Part shown: one piece after another, positions 9,774 through 20,700 of the stretch
Position numbering within the stretch: the stretch's first letter is position 1
Layout: each line of letters starts with the position of its first letter
Assembly: GCA_963752475.1 (NCBI GenBank)
Contig: CAVVYR010000008.1
Span: forward strand, 32,001 to 96,000
DNA: 64,000 bases
DNA from: an uncultured Chloroflexia bacterium
Lineage (GTDB): Bacteria; Chloroflexota; Limnocylindria; Limnocylindrales; CSP1-4
Direction: 5' to 3'
Program-made: the position numbers and the translations under genes
The notes under the pieces: model-generated
Databases searched by the model: none
The model's input: the letters and a program-made list of their open reading frames with translations, nothing else
Told to the model about the DNA's origin: nothing

Positions 9774-11222
9774 TCAGTCGAACAGCGGCAGCGACGACGG
9801 CTGAGCGCACATGGCCTCGACCGCATCGAGTTCCACTGGCGCCAGGGCCGAGAGGTTCTCATGGCCGTCTTCGGTGATGAGCAGGTCGTCTTCGATGCGT
9901 ACGCCGAGGCCCAGGAACTCCGCGGGCACCCGATGCTCGAGCGTGCCCGCCGCGGCATCGCGTCGCTCGACCTCGGCCCTGGCCCCGGCGGCGCCCAGCT
10001 CGAACGAGAGCCGCAACCGCTCGTCAGGGTCGTACTCGGCCTGTGAGAGCGTCACGGTGGCCTTGTCGCGGGCGACGTAGACCCCCGGCTCCACCGTGAA
10101 GGCCATGCCTGGCTCCAACGGTCGTCCCTCGGTGCCGAAACGCGAGCGGCCGGCGTCGTGAACATCGACGCCCAACCAATGCCCCGTCCCGTGGAAGAAG
10201 AACTGGCGGTACCAGCCCTTGGCGATGACCTCGTCGGCCGAGCCGGGCAGCAGGCCCAGCTCCACCAGCCCCTCAGACAGGACCCGCACCGCTCGCTGAT
10301 GCATGGCCGTCCAGGCCAGGCCCGGGCGACACTCGGCGATGACCGCCTGCTCGGCCTGCAGGACCAGCTCGTAGAGGGCCCGCTGAGGTGCGCTGAAGCG
10401 GCCGCTCACGGGGAACGTGCGTGTGATGTCGGCCGTCAGGTGGCGGTACTCGGCACCGGCATCGATGAGCAGCAGTTCGCCGTCGGCCAGAGGCTGGTCA
10501 TTCTCGACGTAGTGCAGGATGCAGGCGTTGTCGCCGCCGGCCACGATCGAGCCGTAGCCCACGCGCTCGGCATCCATCACGCCGAAGACGTACTCGAGCA
10601 CGGCCTGCACCTGGCGTTCGGTCCGGTCAGGACCGGCGAAGCGCATGGCCTCATCGTGGGCCATGGCGCTGATGCGGCAGGCCTCGCGCAGGGCCTCGAT
10701 CTCCGGAACCGACTTGATGACCCGTAGCTCCGCGACGAGCGCGCCCACGTCGACGACCTCGACCGGCGTTTCGACCCCCGAGCGCGAGGCGTAGGCCTTG
10801 ACCGAGCCGATCGCCCGCAGCACCGACGGATCGAGTCGCCCACCGAGGGTATAGCCGAGCGAGCGACGACCTGCCAGCCGGCGGCGCAGACAGCCGTCGA
10901 GATCATCGAGGTCGAACGCAGCATCGGCCCCGAAGCGCGTGATCGCGCCTTCGACCCCGGCTCGAAGCCCGTTCCAGGCCTCCTTCTCCGGGTCGCGCGG
11001 ACGCACGAACAGCGTGAACGGTTCGTCCGAGGTGGCGTCCAACACGGCCACCGCATCGGGCTCGGCGAAGCCGGTGAGGAAGTGGAAGTCGGAGTCCTGC
11101 CGGAAGGGATGGGCGACGTCATCGTTGCGCGTCTGCTCACGTCCTGCCGGGATGATGGCGAGGGTCTCGCCCAGCCGACCGAGCAGCGCTGCCCGTCGTT
11201 CGGCGAATCGGTCGGTACTCAT
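9774..11222 (-). CDS. pepP: Xaa-Pro aminopeptidase
   Basis: FRQDSDF.FLTGF.EPDA, LHY, DAGAE...ADITRT, HGTGHWLG.DVHD, TVEPG, GVRIEDD. Confidence 0.93.
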   Translation of the reverse strand: MSTDRFAERRAALLGRLGETLAIIPAGREQTRNDDVAHPFRQDSDFHFLTGFAEPDAVAVLDATSDEPFTLFVRPRDPEKEAWNGLRAGVEGAITRFGADAAFDLDDLDGCLRRRLAGRRSLGYTLGGRLDPSVLRAIGSVKAYASRSGVETPVEVVDVGALVAELRVIKSVPEIEALREACRISAMAHDEAMRFAGPDRTERQVQAVLEYVFGVMDAERVGYGSIVAGGDNACILHYVENDQPLADGELLLIDAGAEYRHLTADITRTFPVSGRFSAPQRALYELVLQAEQAVIAECRPGLAWTAMHQRAVRVLSEGLVELGLLPGSADEVIAKGWYRQFFFHGTGHWLGVDVHDAGRSRFGTEGRPLEPGMAFTVEPGVYVARDKATVTLSQAEYDPDERLRLSFELGAAGARAEVERRDAAAGTLEHRVPAEFLGLGVRIEDDLLITEDGHENLSALAPVELDAVEAMCAQPSSLPLFD

Positions 11223-11526
11223 GCCCCTGAGCGTAGCCCGCACGTCCGCTCATCGTCTGATCGGGCGTCATCACGTCGCGTTCCCGCTTGGCGGCTAGGT
11301 TCGACGTGGAGAGGCCTCGCTACCGCATCCGTTCCCGCTGGGCGGGAGGTTCGACGTGGCTCGCCGGCGGGCGGGCCAGCCACCCGCCTGTCGGGACTCC
11401 AAGCCGCTCGACGGGGTCGCGGGCACATCGAAGTGCCGGACTGGCCCGTCAAGCGGGAGCGAGCGGCGCGACACCAGTGTCCACGGTTGCCAGGTCCGGC
11501 TTCATCCTGCCGTCCCTCGAGTGCGC

Positions 11527-11778
11527 CTACCCGGTACGCTCGATGTCGCCCTCGACCTGTCGCGCCTTGCCCTTGAGCTCGGTCTCGGTATCGCCGGTGA
11601 CGTCGCCGACCTTCTCCTCGACGGTCCCTGCAGCCTGGTCGAGCGTGCCTTCGGCCTCGCGCTTGAGGCGCGCTTCCTCGGTCTGCGCCGCTCCGTCGCG
11701 CTCCATCTCCTCATTGCCCGTGAGCGAGCCCACGCCCTTCTTGATCTGGCCCTGTAGCTCGTCGATGCGGTTGCCCAT
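11527..11778 (-). CDS. CsbD family general stress protein (two tandem CsbD units)
   Basis: G.IKKGVGSLTGNEEMERDG and G.VEEKVGDVTGDTETELKG; AAGGAG RBS. Confidence 0.85.
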   Translation of the reverse strand: MGNRIDELQGQIKKGVGSLTGNEEMERDGAAQTEEARLKREAEGTLDQAAGTVEEKVGDVTGDTETELKGKARQVEGDIERTG

Positions 11779-11955
11779 CTTGCGTCTCCTTTGCTATCGA
11801 TACATGGTCGGGGTACGCCGCCGACCACCAAGCAAGGGATGAGATCCCAGCGTCCGGCGGCGTACCATCCATAGACTGACGAGCGGACGATCACAGCCGC
11901 GACTGCACCGGGCCGCTTGGGCATCACAAGAGCATTGCGACCGCCGCGTCGCGTG

Positions 11956-13179
11956 CTAGCGATCCTCCTCGAGCGCCTCCGGGAGCCGAAGCGTGAAGAC
12001 ACACCCGGGGTCCGCATTGGCCGCATCGAGGCTGCCACCGACGTGCTCGGTGAGGCGCTGCGCGATGTATAGCCCCAAGCCCAGCCCGGAACGGCCATCC
12101 GAGCCGTGGTCACCGCGGTAGCTGCGCTGGAAGATGCGCCGCAGGTCGGCTTCGGGCAGCCCGCCGCAGGCGTCCGCGACCGCGACCTCGGCCCCGTCCG
12201 CATCGCCGGTGATGGTGACCCGTACGGGCGTGTCGCTGGCGGTGTACTTCACAGCGTTGTCGATGAGCGCCGTGACGACACGCGCGACGACGTTCTCGTC
12301 GGTGATGACCTCGGTCGGCTGATCACCAGGCTCGATCCGGATCCGACCACCCGGGTAGTGCTCCGCGACGATCGGGACAACGCTCTCGACCACGTCCACC
12401 AGGTCGATCGAGCGGGCGTCGAGCTGCGGTCGATGTCGGTCGACGTCGCCCAGCGAGAGGAACAGATCCACCGCGTGTCGGAGTCGCAGCGACTCGCTAT
12501 GTAGCGTCTCCAGCTCCTCGCGACGGTCCGCGCTGATGGCACCGCGCGCGTCGAGCTCACGGAGCAGACGTGTGGCGTGGCCGATGATGAGCGTCAGCGG
12601 CGTGCGCAGCTCGTGTGCTGCGATGGAGGCGAAGTGATCGCTGGCCTGCTCACGGTCGTGGCGCGCCACAGCCCCGGCGAGGACGTCGGCGAAGGCCTGG
12701 ACGACTTCCACATCGTCCTCGCTGAAGGCGCGCGTCGAACGGCTGTCGGCCTGGAGCACGCCGAAGGCGTCGGGCTCGCCCGCGACGATGACACTGAGGC
12801 CACTACGGACGCCGTGCTCCAGCAACAAGGGTGCTGTCGCGAAGCGTGTCTCGGTGGCCACGTCGTCGACCAGTACCGGCCGGCCTGACCGCAGGGTGAA
12901 GCCACCCTGCGAGTCCGCTCCGTCGGGAACCTCGCGCTGGCCCACGACCTCGGTCGGCCAACCCGCGCTACCTCGTACCAGCAAGCTTCCGGCACCGGCA
13001 CGAGCATCGAGGACCTTGGTGAAGTCACATTCGAGCGCGTCACGGAGATAGGAGGCGGCAAGCCGAGTCACGCGGTCCAGGCTCTGCTCATGGGCCGCGA
13101 CGAGGCTGAGCTGGACGAGCAACGCCAACCGGTGCTCTCGCGCCGTGGTCGTATGTGCAAGGAGGTCCGGGAAGCCCAT
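11956..13179 (-). CDS. Soluble GAF-domain sensor histidine kinase
   Basis: GAF domain, AHELRTPL H-box, LIDNAVKY N-box, GLGLGLYI G2 box; start approximate. Confidence 0.9.
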   Translation of the reverse strand: MGFPDLLAHTTTAREHRLALLVQLSLVAAHEQSLDRVTRLAASYLRDALECDFTKVLDARAGAGSLLVRGSAGWPTEVVGQREVPDGADSQGGFTLRSGRPVLVDDVATETRFATAPLLLEHGVRSGLSVIVAGEPDAFGVLQADSRSTRAFSEDDVEVVQAFADVLAGAVARHDREQASDHFASIAAHELRTPLTLIIGHATRLLRELDARGAISADRREELETLHSESLRLRHAVDLFLSLGDVDRHRPQLDARSIDLVDVVESVVPIVAEHYPGGRIRIEPGDQPTEVITDENVVARVVTALIDNAVKYTASDTPVRVTITGDADGAEVAVADACGGLPEADLRRIFQRSYRGDHGSDGRSGLGLGLYIAQRLTEHVGGSLDAANADPGCVFTLRLPEALEEDR

Positions 13180-13300
13180 GCCGCCGGTGCGGATCCTGTC
13201 GCGTGCCACGATCCCGATGATACGTGGCCTCCGCTGAGCAGCCGACTCGTGCAGGGTCGAGCGGTTGGTTCTAGGCTGCATGGGATGACTCGGCGAACGG

Positions 13301-14068
13301 ATGTCCACTGAACCGCTGGTGCTCGTCGCGGACGACGAGACTCGCATCACCAAGCTCGTGGAGCTGGCGCTCGCTGACGAGGGCTTCCGTGTGGTCACCG
13401 CGGAAGGCGGGCGTGAGGCCCTGGAGAAGGCCGAGGAATACCGACCGGATGTCGTCCTGCTCGACATCATGATGCCGGACCTCGATGGCATCGAGGTCAT
13501 GCGCGAACTCCGTGGACGACGCCCCGTTCCGGTCATCCTGCTGAGCGCGAAGGACTCCACCTCGGACAAGGCGATCGGCCTCGACCTGGGAGCGGACGAC
13601 TACCTGGCCAAGCCGTTCCACCCTGATGAGTTGGCCGCACGGATCCGGGCCGTGCTCCGCCGCACCGATGGCTCCACGTCGGGTGCCGAAGCCACGTCGG
13701 TCCTGGCCTTCGACGATGTGGAGATCGACCTCGAGCGAAGGATGGTCACGCGCGATGGCGAGCTCGTTCGCTTGAGCCGGACCGAATGGCTGCTGCTGCA
13801 GCATCTGGCGGCCAACGCGGGCAAGGTCGTGATCCATTCCGAACTCCTGACCAAGGTGTGGGGACCGGAGTATCGAGATGACCTGCAGTACCTGCGCGTG
13901 TGGATCAGCCGCGTTCGGCGGAAGCTCGGCGCCGAACCCGGCGAGCCGGGCCGCATCAAGACGCTGCCGGGAATCGGGTATCTCCTCGACGTAGAGCCAG
14001 GTGACGACGGGTCGGCCAGGCCAGAAGGAGCGGAGGAGCTCGATGGCTCCTCCACCCTCATCGGCTGA
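13301..14068 (+). CDS. OmpR/KdpE family response regulator
   Basis: VADDE, LLDIMMPDLDG, GADDYLAKPF, VWGPEY....YLRVWISR.RRK. Confidence 0.93.
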   Translation: MSTEPLVLVADDETRITKLVELALADEGFRVVTAEGGREALEKAEEYRPDVVLLDIMMPDLDGIEVMRELRGRRPVPVILLSAKDSTSDKAIGLDLGADDYLAKPFHPDELAARIRAVLRRTDGSTSGAEATSVLAFDDVEIDLERRMVTRDGELVRLSRTEWLLLQHLAANAGKVVIHSELLTKVWGPEYRDDLQYLRVWISRVRRKLGAEPGEPGRIKTLPGIGYLLDVEPGDDGSARPEGAEELDGSSTLIG

Positions 14069-14249
14069 AGCGGACTCCTGCGAGCGCCTCAGGCGTCCTG
14101 TTTCAGCAATCGTCGCACCGTCCGCCGGAGCCGCTCGTAGAACCCTGCCCTGGGCTCGTCATGGCCGTGCATCAACGTGACCGTGGAGCGAGGCCGGACG
14201 CGGTAGGGCGGCGGGATCGAGCGGAGGAACCGGGGCGTGAGTTGGTACA

Positions 14250-14729
14250 TCAGCTGTGCTCAGTCGTCGAGCGCAGCATCCACAGCACCTTCTGGTGCGC
14301 CTCGATGCGCTCGGTCGCGAGATCGGCCGTAGCTACGTCGCCTTGCTCCTCGGATACCACGACGACAGCCCGTGCGGCCCGGCTCGTCATCTCGTGGGCC
14401 TCGATGAGTTCAAGCACCATGTCCATGGCAGGGGGTACGCCGCTGTCAGCGCGGATGGCCGTGAGCGAATCCATGGGCGTACCGAAGGGCGGCGTGTCTG
14501 CGCCCAACTGGCGGATGCGCTCGGCGATGACGTCCATCGCCTCATGCAGTTCGATGTACTGCTCCTCGAACATCTTGTGCAAGCTGTAGAAGTGCGGACC
14601 ACGCACGTTCCAGTGGTAATGCAGCGTCTTGTTGTACGTCGCGTTGCTGTCGGCCAGCAGGCGGGACAGCTCGGTAGCGATGCTGCCTTCGCGTGCGGTG
14701 TCCGTCATGGGACGGGTCTCGATGACCAT
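14250..14729 (-). CDS. dps: Dps family DNA-protection ferritin
   Basis: HYHWNVRGPHFYSLH.MFEEQY, D.IAERI, D.ATADL, H.K..WML. Confidence 0.95.
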   Translation of the reverse strand: MVIETRPMTDTAREGSIATELSRLLADSNATYNKTLHYHWNVRGPHFYSLHKMFEEQYIELHEAMDVIAERIRQLGADTPPFGTPMDSLTAIRADSGVPPAMDMVLELIEAHEMTSRAARAVVVVSEEQGDVATADLATERIEAHQKVLWMLRSTTEHS

Positions 14730-14879
14730 GGTGGCTCCTTTCGAAGTGGGATCATTCGGCTTCGGGGCCCGAGTGACCCGGGGGCCTCATCGGACGCTGC
14801 CAGCGTGGCCAGACCGTCGGTACGGACGCACAACAAGCCCAGCCTTGCTGGCTTGCGAATCCGTTGCAGCGTCTCGCTC

Positions 14880-16148
14880 CTAGCGAGCAGCCTCGGTCGT
14901 GGGGTCGGCCTCGAGTTCGGTCTTCGCACGCCGCAGCACCGGCTGTCGGGGCGCTACCGCATCACGCAGGAGCGAGTCGATCATCGCCAGCAGATGCCGG
15001 CGGACCTGCGGCATCGGCCGGGAGGCGAGCCCGAGCTCCGCGGTCGCGAGCATGACGTAGGCCTCCCAGTCGGGCGTCGGCACGGACACGCCTGTACCCG
15101 CTTCCGTCCGCAGGATCAGGGGCGATGGGATCTCCCGGTCCATCAGCGATGACAGCAGCTCGTGCAGGCGGTCGATGGCCAGGATGGCGGTGGACGGGTC
15201 GTTGAGGCTGGGCGACAGGGCCCGCAGGGCGACGTCGACGAGCAGCCGGAATCCGAACTCCGGGTCCTCCGACATCGTGCGCTCCGGGCCCAACCGCACG
15301 ACTCGGGTCAGGCCGATGTCGGAGGCAGCGATCGTGCTGCCGGACTTGTGCACCGAGAGCAGCGGTCGGCCGTGGACGAGGAAGTCGCCGCTACCGACCT
15401 GGAGCTCGATGTCAGCACCTTCTCGGTCCGCATAGGCCAGCAGCTGCTCTCGATCGAAGGACTGGATGTAGCCGGCAGGCGACGACCACGTCACGACGAA
15501 GCTCTCGGATTCCTTGTCCGTCGTCCGCCGTGCCACCGCTTCAGAGGTCGTGTCGTCGGTCTCGGGCACCTCAGCGCCATCGGGGTAGATCTCCCCGATG
15601 ACCGCGAGGGCCTCCACAGCGATGGACTCGGTGACGCTCGAGGGGCGGATGTCGTGCGCCATATGGTCGATGTAGGACACGAACGCGAGCACGGACACCA
15701 GCACAAGGCCGACCGCGACGGCCACGCTCAGACGAGGTACATCGCCGTCGCCGACGGAGGCCAACACCAGCAAGGAGAAGACGAAGGTGGCCACGAAGAG
15801 ACCGAGCACCACCTGGTTGTAGCGGTCCCGAAGGAAGGTGCGCACGACACGCGGCGAAAGCTGTGAACTGGCCGATTGGAGCACAAGCATGGTGATGCTG
15901 AAGACCAGCGCGGTGAAGCTGATCATGGCTCCGGAGATCGTCGAGAGTACTGCCCGTGCGCTATGCGGGTCGATGTCCAGCGGCAGACCGAGGGACGCGA
16001 TGGCCTGATCCAGTGAGACCAGCAGCAGGGCTGCCAGCCCAGCCAGCAGCGCCGCCAACGAGGGGATCACCCAGAGGCGAGCACGGAGCACCTCGAGCAG
16101 GACGGAGTGGGTCGGACGCATCGGCGCAAGCATATTCGCGGTCTGCAA
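14880..16148 (-). CDS. DUF2254 family membrane protein
   Basis: ARAVLSTI.GAMI.FT.LVFSIT, SSQLSPR, LVDVALRALSP..NDP.TA; start may be slightly downstream. Confidence 0.9.
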   Translation of the reverse strand: MQTANMLAPMRPTHSVLLEVLRARLWVIPSLAALLAGLAALLLVSLDQAIASLGLPLDIDPHSARAVLSTISGAMISFTALVFSITMLVLQSASSQLSPRVVRTFLRDRYNQVVLGLFVATFVFSLLVLASVGDGDVPRLSVAVAVGLVLVSVLAFVSYIDHMAHDIRPSSVTESIAVEALAVIGEIYPDGAEVPETDDTTSEAVARRTTDKESESFVVTWSSPAGYIQSFDREQLLAYADREGADIELQVGSGDFLVHGRPLLSVHKSGSTIAASDIGLTRVVRLGPERTMSEDPEFGFRLLVDVALRALSPSLNDPSTAILAIDRLHELLSSLMDREIPSPLILRTEAGTGVSVPTPDWEAYVMLATAELGLASRPMPQVRRHLLAMIDSLLRDAVAPRQPVLRRAKTELEADPTTEAAR

Positions 16149-16216
16149 CGCGGATGCAACGTCCCGGCGACATCCGACCGGTGCGTTCGCAGCCCGCTGG
16201 TGGCTAACGTTGGGAC

Positions 16217-16633
16217 ATGCAAGACCGATTCGAACACCATCCCAAGCCCCCCGCGCACAATGCCTGGCACGGCGAAGTCGCCGCGGCCGAGACCGGCGAC
16301 GTCCAGAGGCTGCACCTGATCAGCGGCGTCGATGCCGAGAACTGGCGGATCTGCGGCGTCGATATCCGCTTCTCGTACGGCGAACCGGCGGGGGCGGGCG
16401 TCTTCGCCATCGAGCGCGAGCGCCTTGAGGCAGCGGGACATGACTGGGCCCGCCTGGCGGCCCACCACGACGATGTGGTGCCGGTCACCGAGTTCGCCTT
16501 GCCCGCCACGAGGGCGCGCGAGATCCTGGAGCTCTTCCCCGACCTCTCGCTGGTGGCGGCACGCGCTCCCGCCGTGGAGGGTGAGGGCCTCGCGATGCGG
16601 GTCGCTGAACGGGTGATGCCTGTAGCGACCTGA
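16217..16633 (+). CDS. Hypothetical protein
   Basis: 138-aa ORF with genome-like codon usage filling an intergenic gap. Confidence 0.55.
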   Translation: MQDRFEHHPKPPAHNAWHGEVAAAETGDVQRLHLISGVDAENWRICGVDIRFSYGEPAGAGVFAIERERLEAAGHDWARLAAHHDDVVPVTEFALPATRAREILELFPDLSLVAARAPAVEGEGLAMRVAERVMPVAT

Positions 16634-16796
16634 GTGTCAAGGCTGGTCACCGACCCGGGCCGGGCGGGTGAGCGCTGCTCCAGCCAGGATCGTTGAGTCC
16701 GAGGTCGTGGCACGAGAGGAGGCTCTCACCCGATGTGGACGGTAGCGCCGCGTGTCTACCGCACAGCGGGTGGTAGGTGACCCACGTCGGCGTGGG

Positions 16797-16857
16797 TTGA
16801 CTTCAGGGTACCGCTATGGGATGCTGCACAACGGTACTTATCATGAACAATCGTGCA
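16797..16857 (+). promoter_or_regulatory. Sigma70-like promoter plus tandem operator boxes overlapping the regulator start
   Basis: TTGACT-17-GATGCT with TG extension; boxes TGCACAACGGTACT (16825) and TGAACAATCGTGCA (16844). Confidence 0.6.
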
Positions 16858-17787
16858 GCACAAGCATCCCCTGTCCTGAGCCGCGTAGCGCGACTCTACT
16901 ACGAGCACGGGCTAACGCACGCGGACATCGCCAAGATCCTGGGCGTCTCGCGGGTGAAGGTCACGCGCATGCTCAACGAGGCGCGGCGGCTGGGCATCGT
17001 CGAGATCAAGGTCCACGGCGACACGTCCACGTTCTCCGAGCTCGAGTCCAGTCTGGTCACGCGCCTGGGCCTGCGCGATGCCTGGGTCGTGCCCGCCTCC
17101 TCGTCGGACGAGCGGCTGCGCGCCTCGCTCGGGACCGGGGGCGCCCATGCCTTGCGGGCCCTGCTGGCCCCGGGGATGGTCGTGGGCGTGAACCAGAGTC
17201 GGACCGTCTCTGCCATCCCCTTGGCGCTCGGCAGCGAGGAGCCGGTCGACGCACAGTTCGTGCCCGTGGCCGGCAGCGCCGGCGGCTACGGCCGGAGCAA
17301 GGCTCACGAGACCAGCGAAGCCCTCGCCCGTGCATTCGGTGGAAGCGCCTATCACCTGCCGGCGCCGACGCTGGCCTCGTCCGCCCGCGCGGCGGAGGTG
17401 CTCCTTGCGGAGAAGGAGATCGCTGACACGCTGTCGCTGGCCGCAAACGCCGACCTGCTGCTGGCGGGCATCGGAACGCTCGAGGATAACTACCTCATGC
17501 GCGGTGGTGAGATGCCTTCCGGGTCACACCGGTCACTCCGCTCCAGGGGGGCCGTCGGCGACATGTCGTTGCGCTTCTTCGACGTGGAAGGCAAGCCGGT
17601 CGATTCACCGATGGACGATCGCGTCATCTCGCTCACGCTCGAACAACACGTGCACATCCCGCTGCGGATGGCCATCGCCGGTGGCGATGCCAAGCGGGAG
17701 GCGCTGGTCGCAGCGGCGCACGGTGACCTGTACAACATCCTCGTCACCGACTTGGAGACAGCCACCTGGCTGATCGACAACACCTAG
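16843..17787 (+). CDS. SorC/LsrR/EryD family sugar-binding transcriptional regulator
   Basis: RVARLYYE.GLT..DIA..LGVSR.KVTRML.EAR..GIVEI; C-terminal sugar-binding domain (GAVGD, AGG..K, LVTD..TA). Confidence 0.93.
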   Translation: MNNRAAQASPVLSRVARLYYEHGLTHADIAKILGVSRVKVTRMLNEARRLGIVEIKVHGDTSTFSELESSLVTRLGLRDAWVVPASSSDERLRASLGTGGAHALRALLAPGMVVGVNQSRTVSAIPLALGSEEPVDAQFVPVAGSAGGYGRSKAHETSEALARAFGGSAYHLPAPTLASSARAAEVLLAEKEIADTLSLAANADLLLAGIGTLEDNYLMRGGEMPSGSHRSLRSRGAVGDMSLRFFDVEGKPVDSPMDDRVISLTLEQHVHIPLRMAIAGGDAKREALVAAAHGDLYNILVTDLETATWLIDNT

Positions 17788-17810
17788 CATCAATGGGGGA
17801 AGGCCACCAC

Positions 17811-18437
17811 ATGGAAGAGTACCGGGAGCTCATCGAGCAGCTGGCTGAGGCCGGCCGCGACGCGGTCGCGCGCGGGCTGACGCTCGCCTCAGGCGGCAAC
17901 CTCTCAGCGCGGATGCCGGGCTCGGACCGCTTCATCGTCACCGGCACCGGCACCTACCTCGACCGCCTCGACGACGATGACTTCAGCATCATGGACCTCG
18001 ACGGCAACGTACTCGGCGGGAGCGTGCCGCCATCGAGCGAGTGGAAGTTGCACCAGCGTACGTACCGCGTGCGCGAGGACGTCAACTCGATCATCCACCT
18101 GCACCCACAGTACTCGGTGCTGCTCGACGCGATGGGCCACGAGATCCGGCTCATCACCCTCGACCACGCCTACTACCTGCGCAACATCGAGCGCTGCGAC
18201 TACTACCCCAACGGTACCGACGAGCTGGGCGACACCGCGGCCGAGGCTGCCCGCGAGTGCAACGCCATCATCCTCGCCTACCACGGCTGCTCGACCCTGG
18301 GCGATACCGTGGCCATGGCCTATCGGCGGGCGATGAACCTCGAAGAGGCGGCCATGACCACGTATCGCTGCCTGACCCTGGGTAACACCGACCTCACCTT
18401 CCCCAAGGAGGAGTGGGCGCGGATCCACCACGCCTGA
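17811..18437 (+). CDS. Class II aldolase (FucA-type)
   Basis: GGNLSAR, PSSEWKLH (Glu as in FucA), HLHP, YHG. Confidence 0.9.
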   Translation: MEEYRELIEQLAEAGRDAVARGLTLASGGNLSARMPGSDRFIVTGTGTYLDRLDDDDFSIMDLDGNVLGGSVPPSSEWKLHQRTYRVREDVNSIIHLHPQYSVLLDAMGHEIRLITLDHAYYLRNIERCDYYPNGTDELGDTAAEAARECNAIILAYHGCSTLGDTVAMAYRRAMNLEEAAMTTYRCLTLGNTDLTFPKEEWARIHHA

Positions 18438-18447
18438 GGATCTGCCG

Positions 18448-20700
18448 GTGACCGACGAACGCATCGTCCGCGTCGGCTGCCCGGCTCACAATTGCGGCGG
18501 GCGTTGCCTGCTGGTGGCCCACGTCGCGGACGGCGTCATCACCCGCCTTGACGCCGACGATCGCCCCGATGACCTGGCCTCACCCCAGCTGCGCGCGTGT
18601 GTGCGCGGCCGAGCCTACCTGCGCCGGCAGTACCACCCCGACCGCCTGCTCCATCCCCTTCGTCGGGTCGGCACCCGCGGCGACGCACACTTCGAGCGGA
18701 TCGGCTGGGACGAGGCCCTGGACCTCGTGGCGTGTGAGATCCAGCGGGTGCGCGAGACCTACGGCAGCGAAGCGCTCTTCGTGCCCTACGGCACCGGCAG
18801 CTACAACCAGCTCAACGGTTCGCACCAGGCGCGGCGACTGATGAACCTCTCGGGCGGCTGTCTGGGCTTCTACAACGACTACTCCATGGCCGCGATCAAG
18901 GCGGCCACGCCCACGGTCTACGGCACCAACGTCACCGGCAACGAGCGACAGGACTGGCTCAACGCGCACTACATCCTGATGTGGGGCTGGAACCCCGCCG
19001 AGATGCGCGACGAGACCAACAGCGACTACTTCTTGCGCCTGGCGCGCGACCGCGGCGCCCGCGTCGTGTGCGTCGATCCACGCATGAGCTTGTCAGCCTC
19101 CCTGGCCGACGAGTGGGTACCGATCCGACCGGGCACCGACGCGGCCATGATGTCGGCCATGGCCTTCGTCATGATCGACGAGGAGCTCTACGACGCCGAG
19201 TTCGTGGGCACGCACTGCCTGGGTTTCGATGCCTCACAGATGCCAGCGGGGTTGGGAGGCGAGGAGAGCTACTCCGACTACATCCTGGGCACGCGCGACG
19301 ACACGCCCAAGAGCCCGCGCTGGGCCGAGGCCATCACCGGCGTGCCGGCCGTGACCATCGCCCGCATCGCCCGCGAGTACGCCACCACCAAACCGGGCGT
19401 GCTGTACCAGGGCTACGGCATGCAGCGCCGTGCCTACGGCGAGCAGGTCGTGCGGGCCGGCTGCGTGCTGGCAGCGATCACCGGCAACGTCGGCGTCAGC
19501 GGTGGCTGGGCCAGCGGCACCGCCAAGCCTGCTCCCCACGGTGGCTGCAAGGGCACGTACTTCCCGCGCGGTGACAACCCCGTGCAGGCGCAGATCCCCA
19601 CATTCCTCTGGACCGACGCCGTGACCCGAGGGATCGAGATGGGCCCGCAGGACGGACTGCGCGGTGCCGACCGACTAGCGACGAACATCAAGCTGCTCTA
19701 CTCGGTGGCCTCCAACGTCATGGGTGGCCAACACAGCGACCTCAATCGCACCGCCGAGATCCTGCGCGACGAGTCGCTGGTCGAGTTCATCGTGGTCCAG
19801 GACAACTTCCTGACCACGACCGCGTCCTTCGCCGACGTCGTGCTGCCTGCCTGCACCCAGTTCGAGACGTGGGGCTTCGAGGACGGCTGGAAGTTCACCG
19901 ACGACGTCATCCTCCAGCCCAAGCTGGTCGAACCCGCGGGCGAGTCTCGCAGTGACTTCGCCATCTGCGCCGGGATCGCGCAGCGCCTGGGCATCGGCGA
20001 GGCCTTCACCGAGGGACGCGATGAGCGCGAGTGGACCGAGTGGCTGCTCGATCGAGTGCGCGAGACCCGCTTCCCGGATCTGCCCGCGTTCGACGAGCTG
20101 CTCGAGCGGAACACGGGCACGTGGCCCCGGCCGATCCATGAGCCTGCCATCGCCTTCGCCGACTTCCGGGCCGACCCAGACGCCCATCCACTCGACACGC
20201 CGTCGGGCCGGATCGAGATCTTCTCCCGGCAGTTGCACGACCTCGGCCAGCCGCACGAAGTGCCGGCGCTGCCCAAGTACGTGCAGGAGTGGGAGAGCCC
20301 ACTGGGTCCCGAAGCCGAACGCTATCCACTCGCGGTCATCGGCCACCACTCGCTGCAGCGCGTCCACTCCACGCATGACAACAACGACTGGCTGGAGGAG
20401 GCCTTCCCCCAGCGAGCGGCCATCAACCGCATGGATGCCGAAGCACGCGGTATCGCCGACGGCGACAGCGTGCGCATCTGGAACGACCGTGGCGAGATCC
20501 GCCTCCCCTGCCGACTCACCGACCGGCTCATGCCCGGTGTCATCGACGTGCCCCAGGGCGCCTGGTGGAAGCCCGACGCCGATGGCATCGACGGTCGTGG
20601 CAACGTCAACGTCCTGTCCTCGCTGCGACCCACGCCGCTGGCCTTCGGCAATGCCCAGCACACGATCATGGCCGAGGTCGCCCCCATCGACCCCAGGCCA
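18448..20700 (+). CDS. dmsA: DmsA/YnfE-type molybdopterin oxidoreductase catalytic region, no Tat signal; apparently fused to the Fe-S unit (end approximate)
   Basis: CPAHNCGGRC...C Fe-S motif, DYS Mo-ligand region, PIRPGTDAA, TPSGRIEI, RVHST, QGAW. Confidence 0.88.

Noticed and set aside
11298-11505. Short repeat GGTTCGACGTGG and an 18-codon minus-strand ORF downstream of csbD
   Set aside because: Too short and unsupported; no tRNA cloverleaf or recognisable protein
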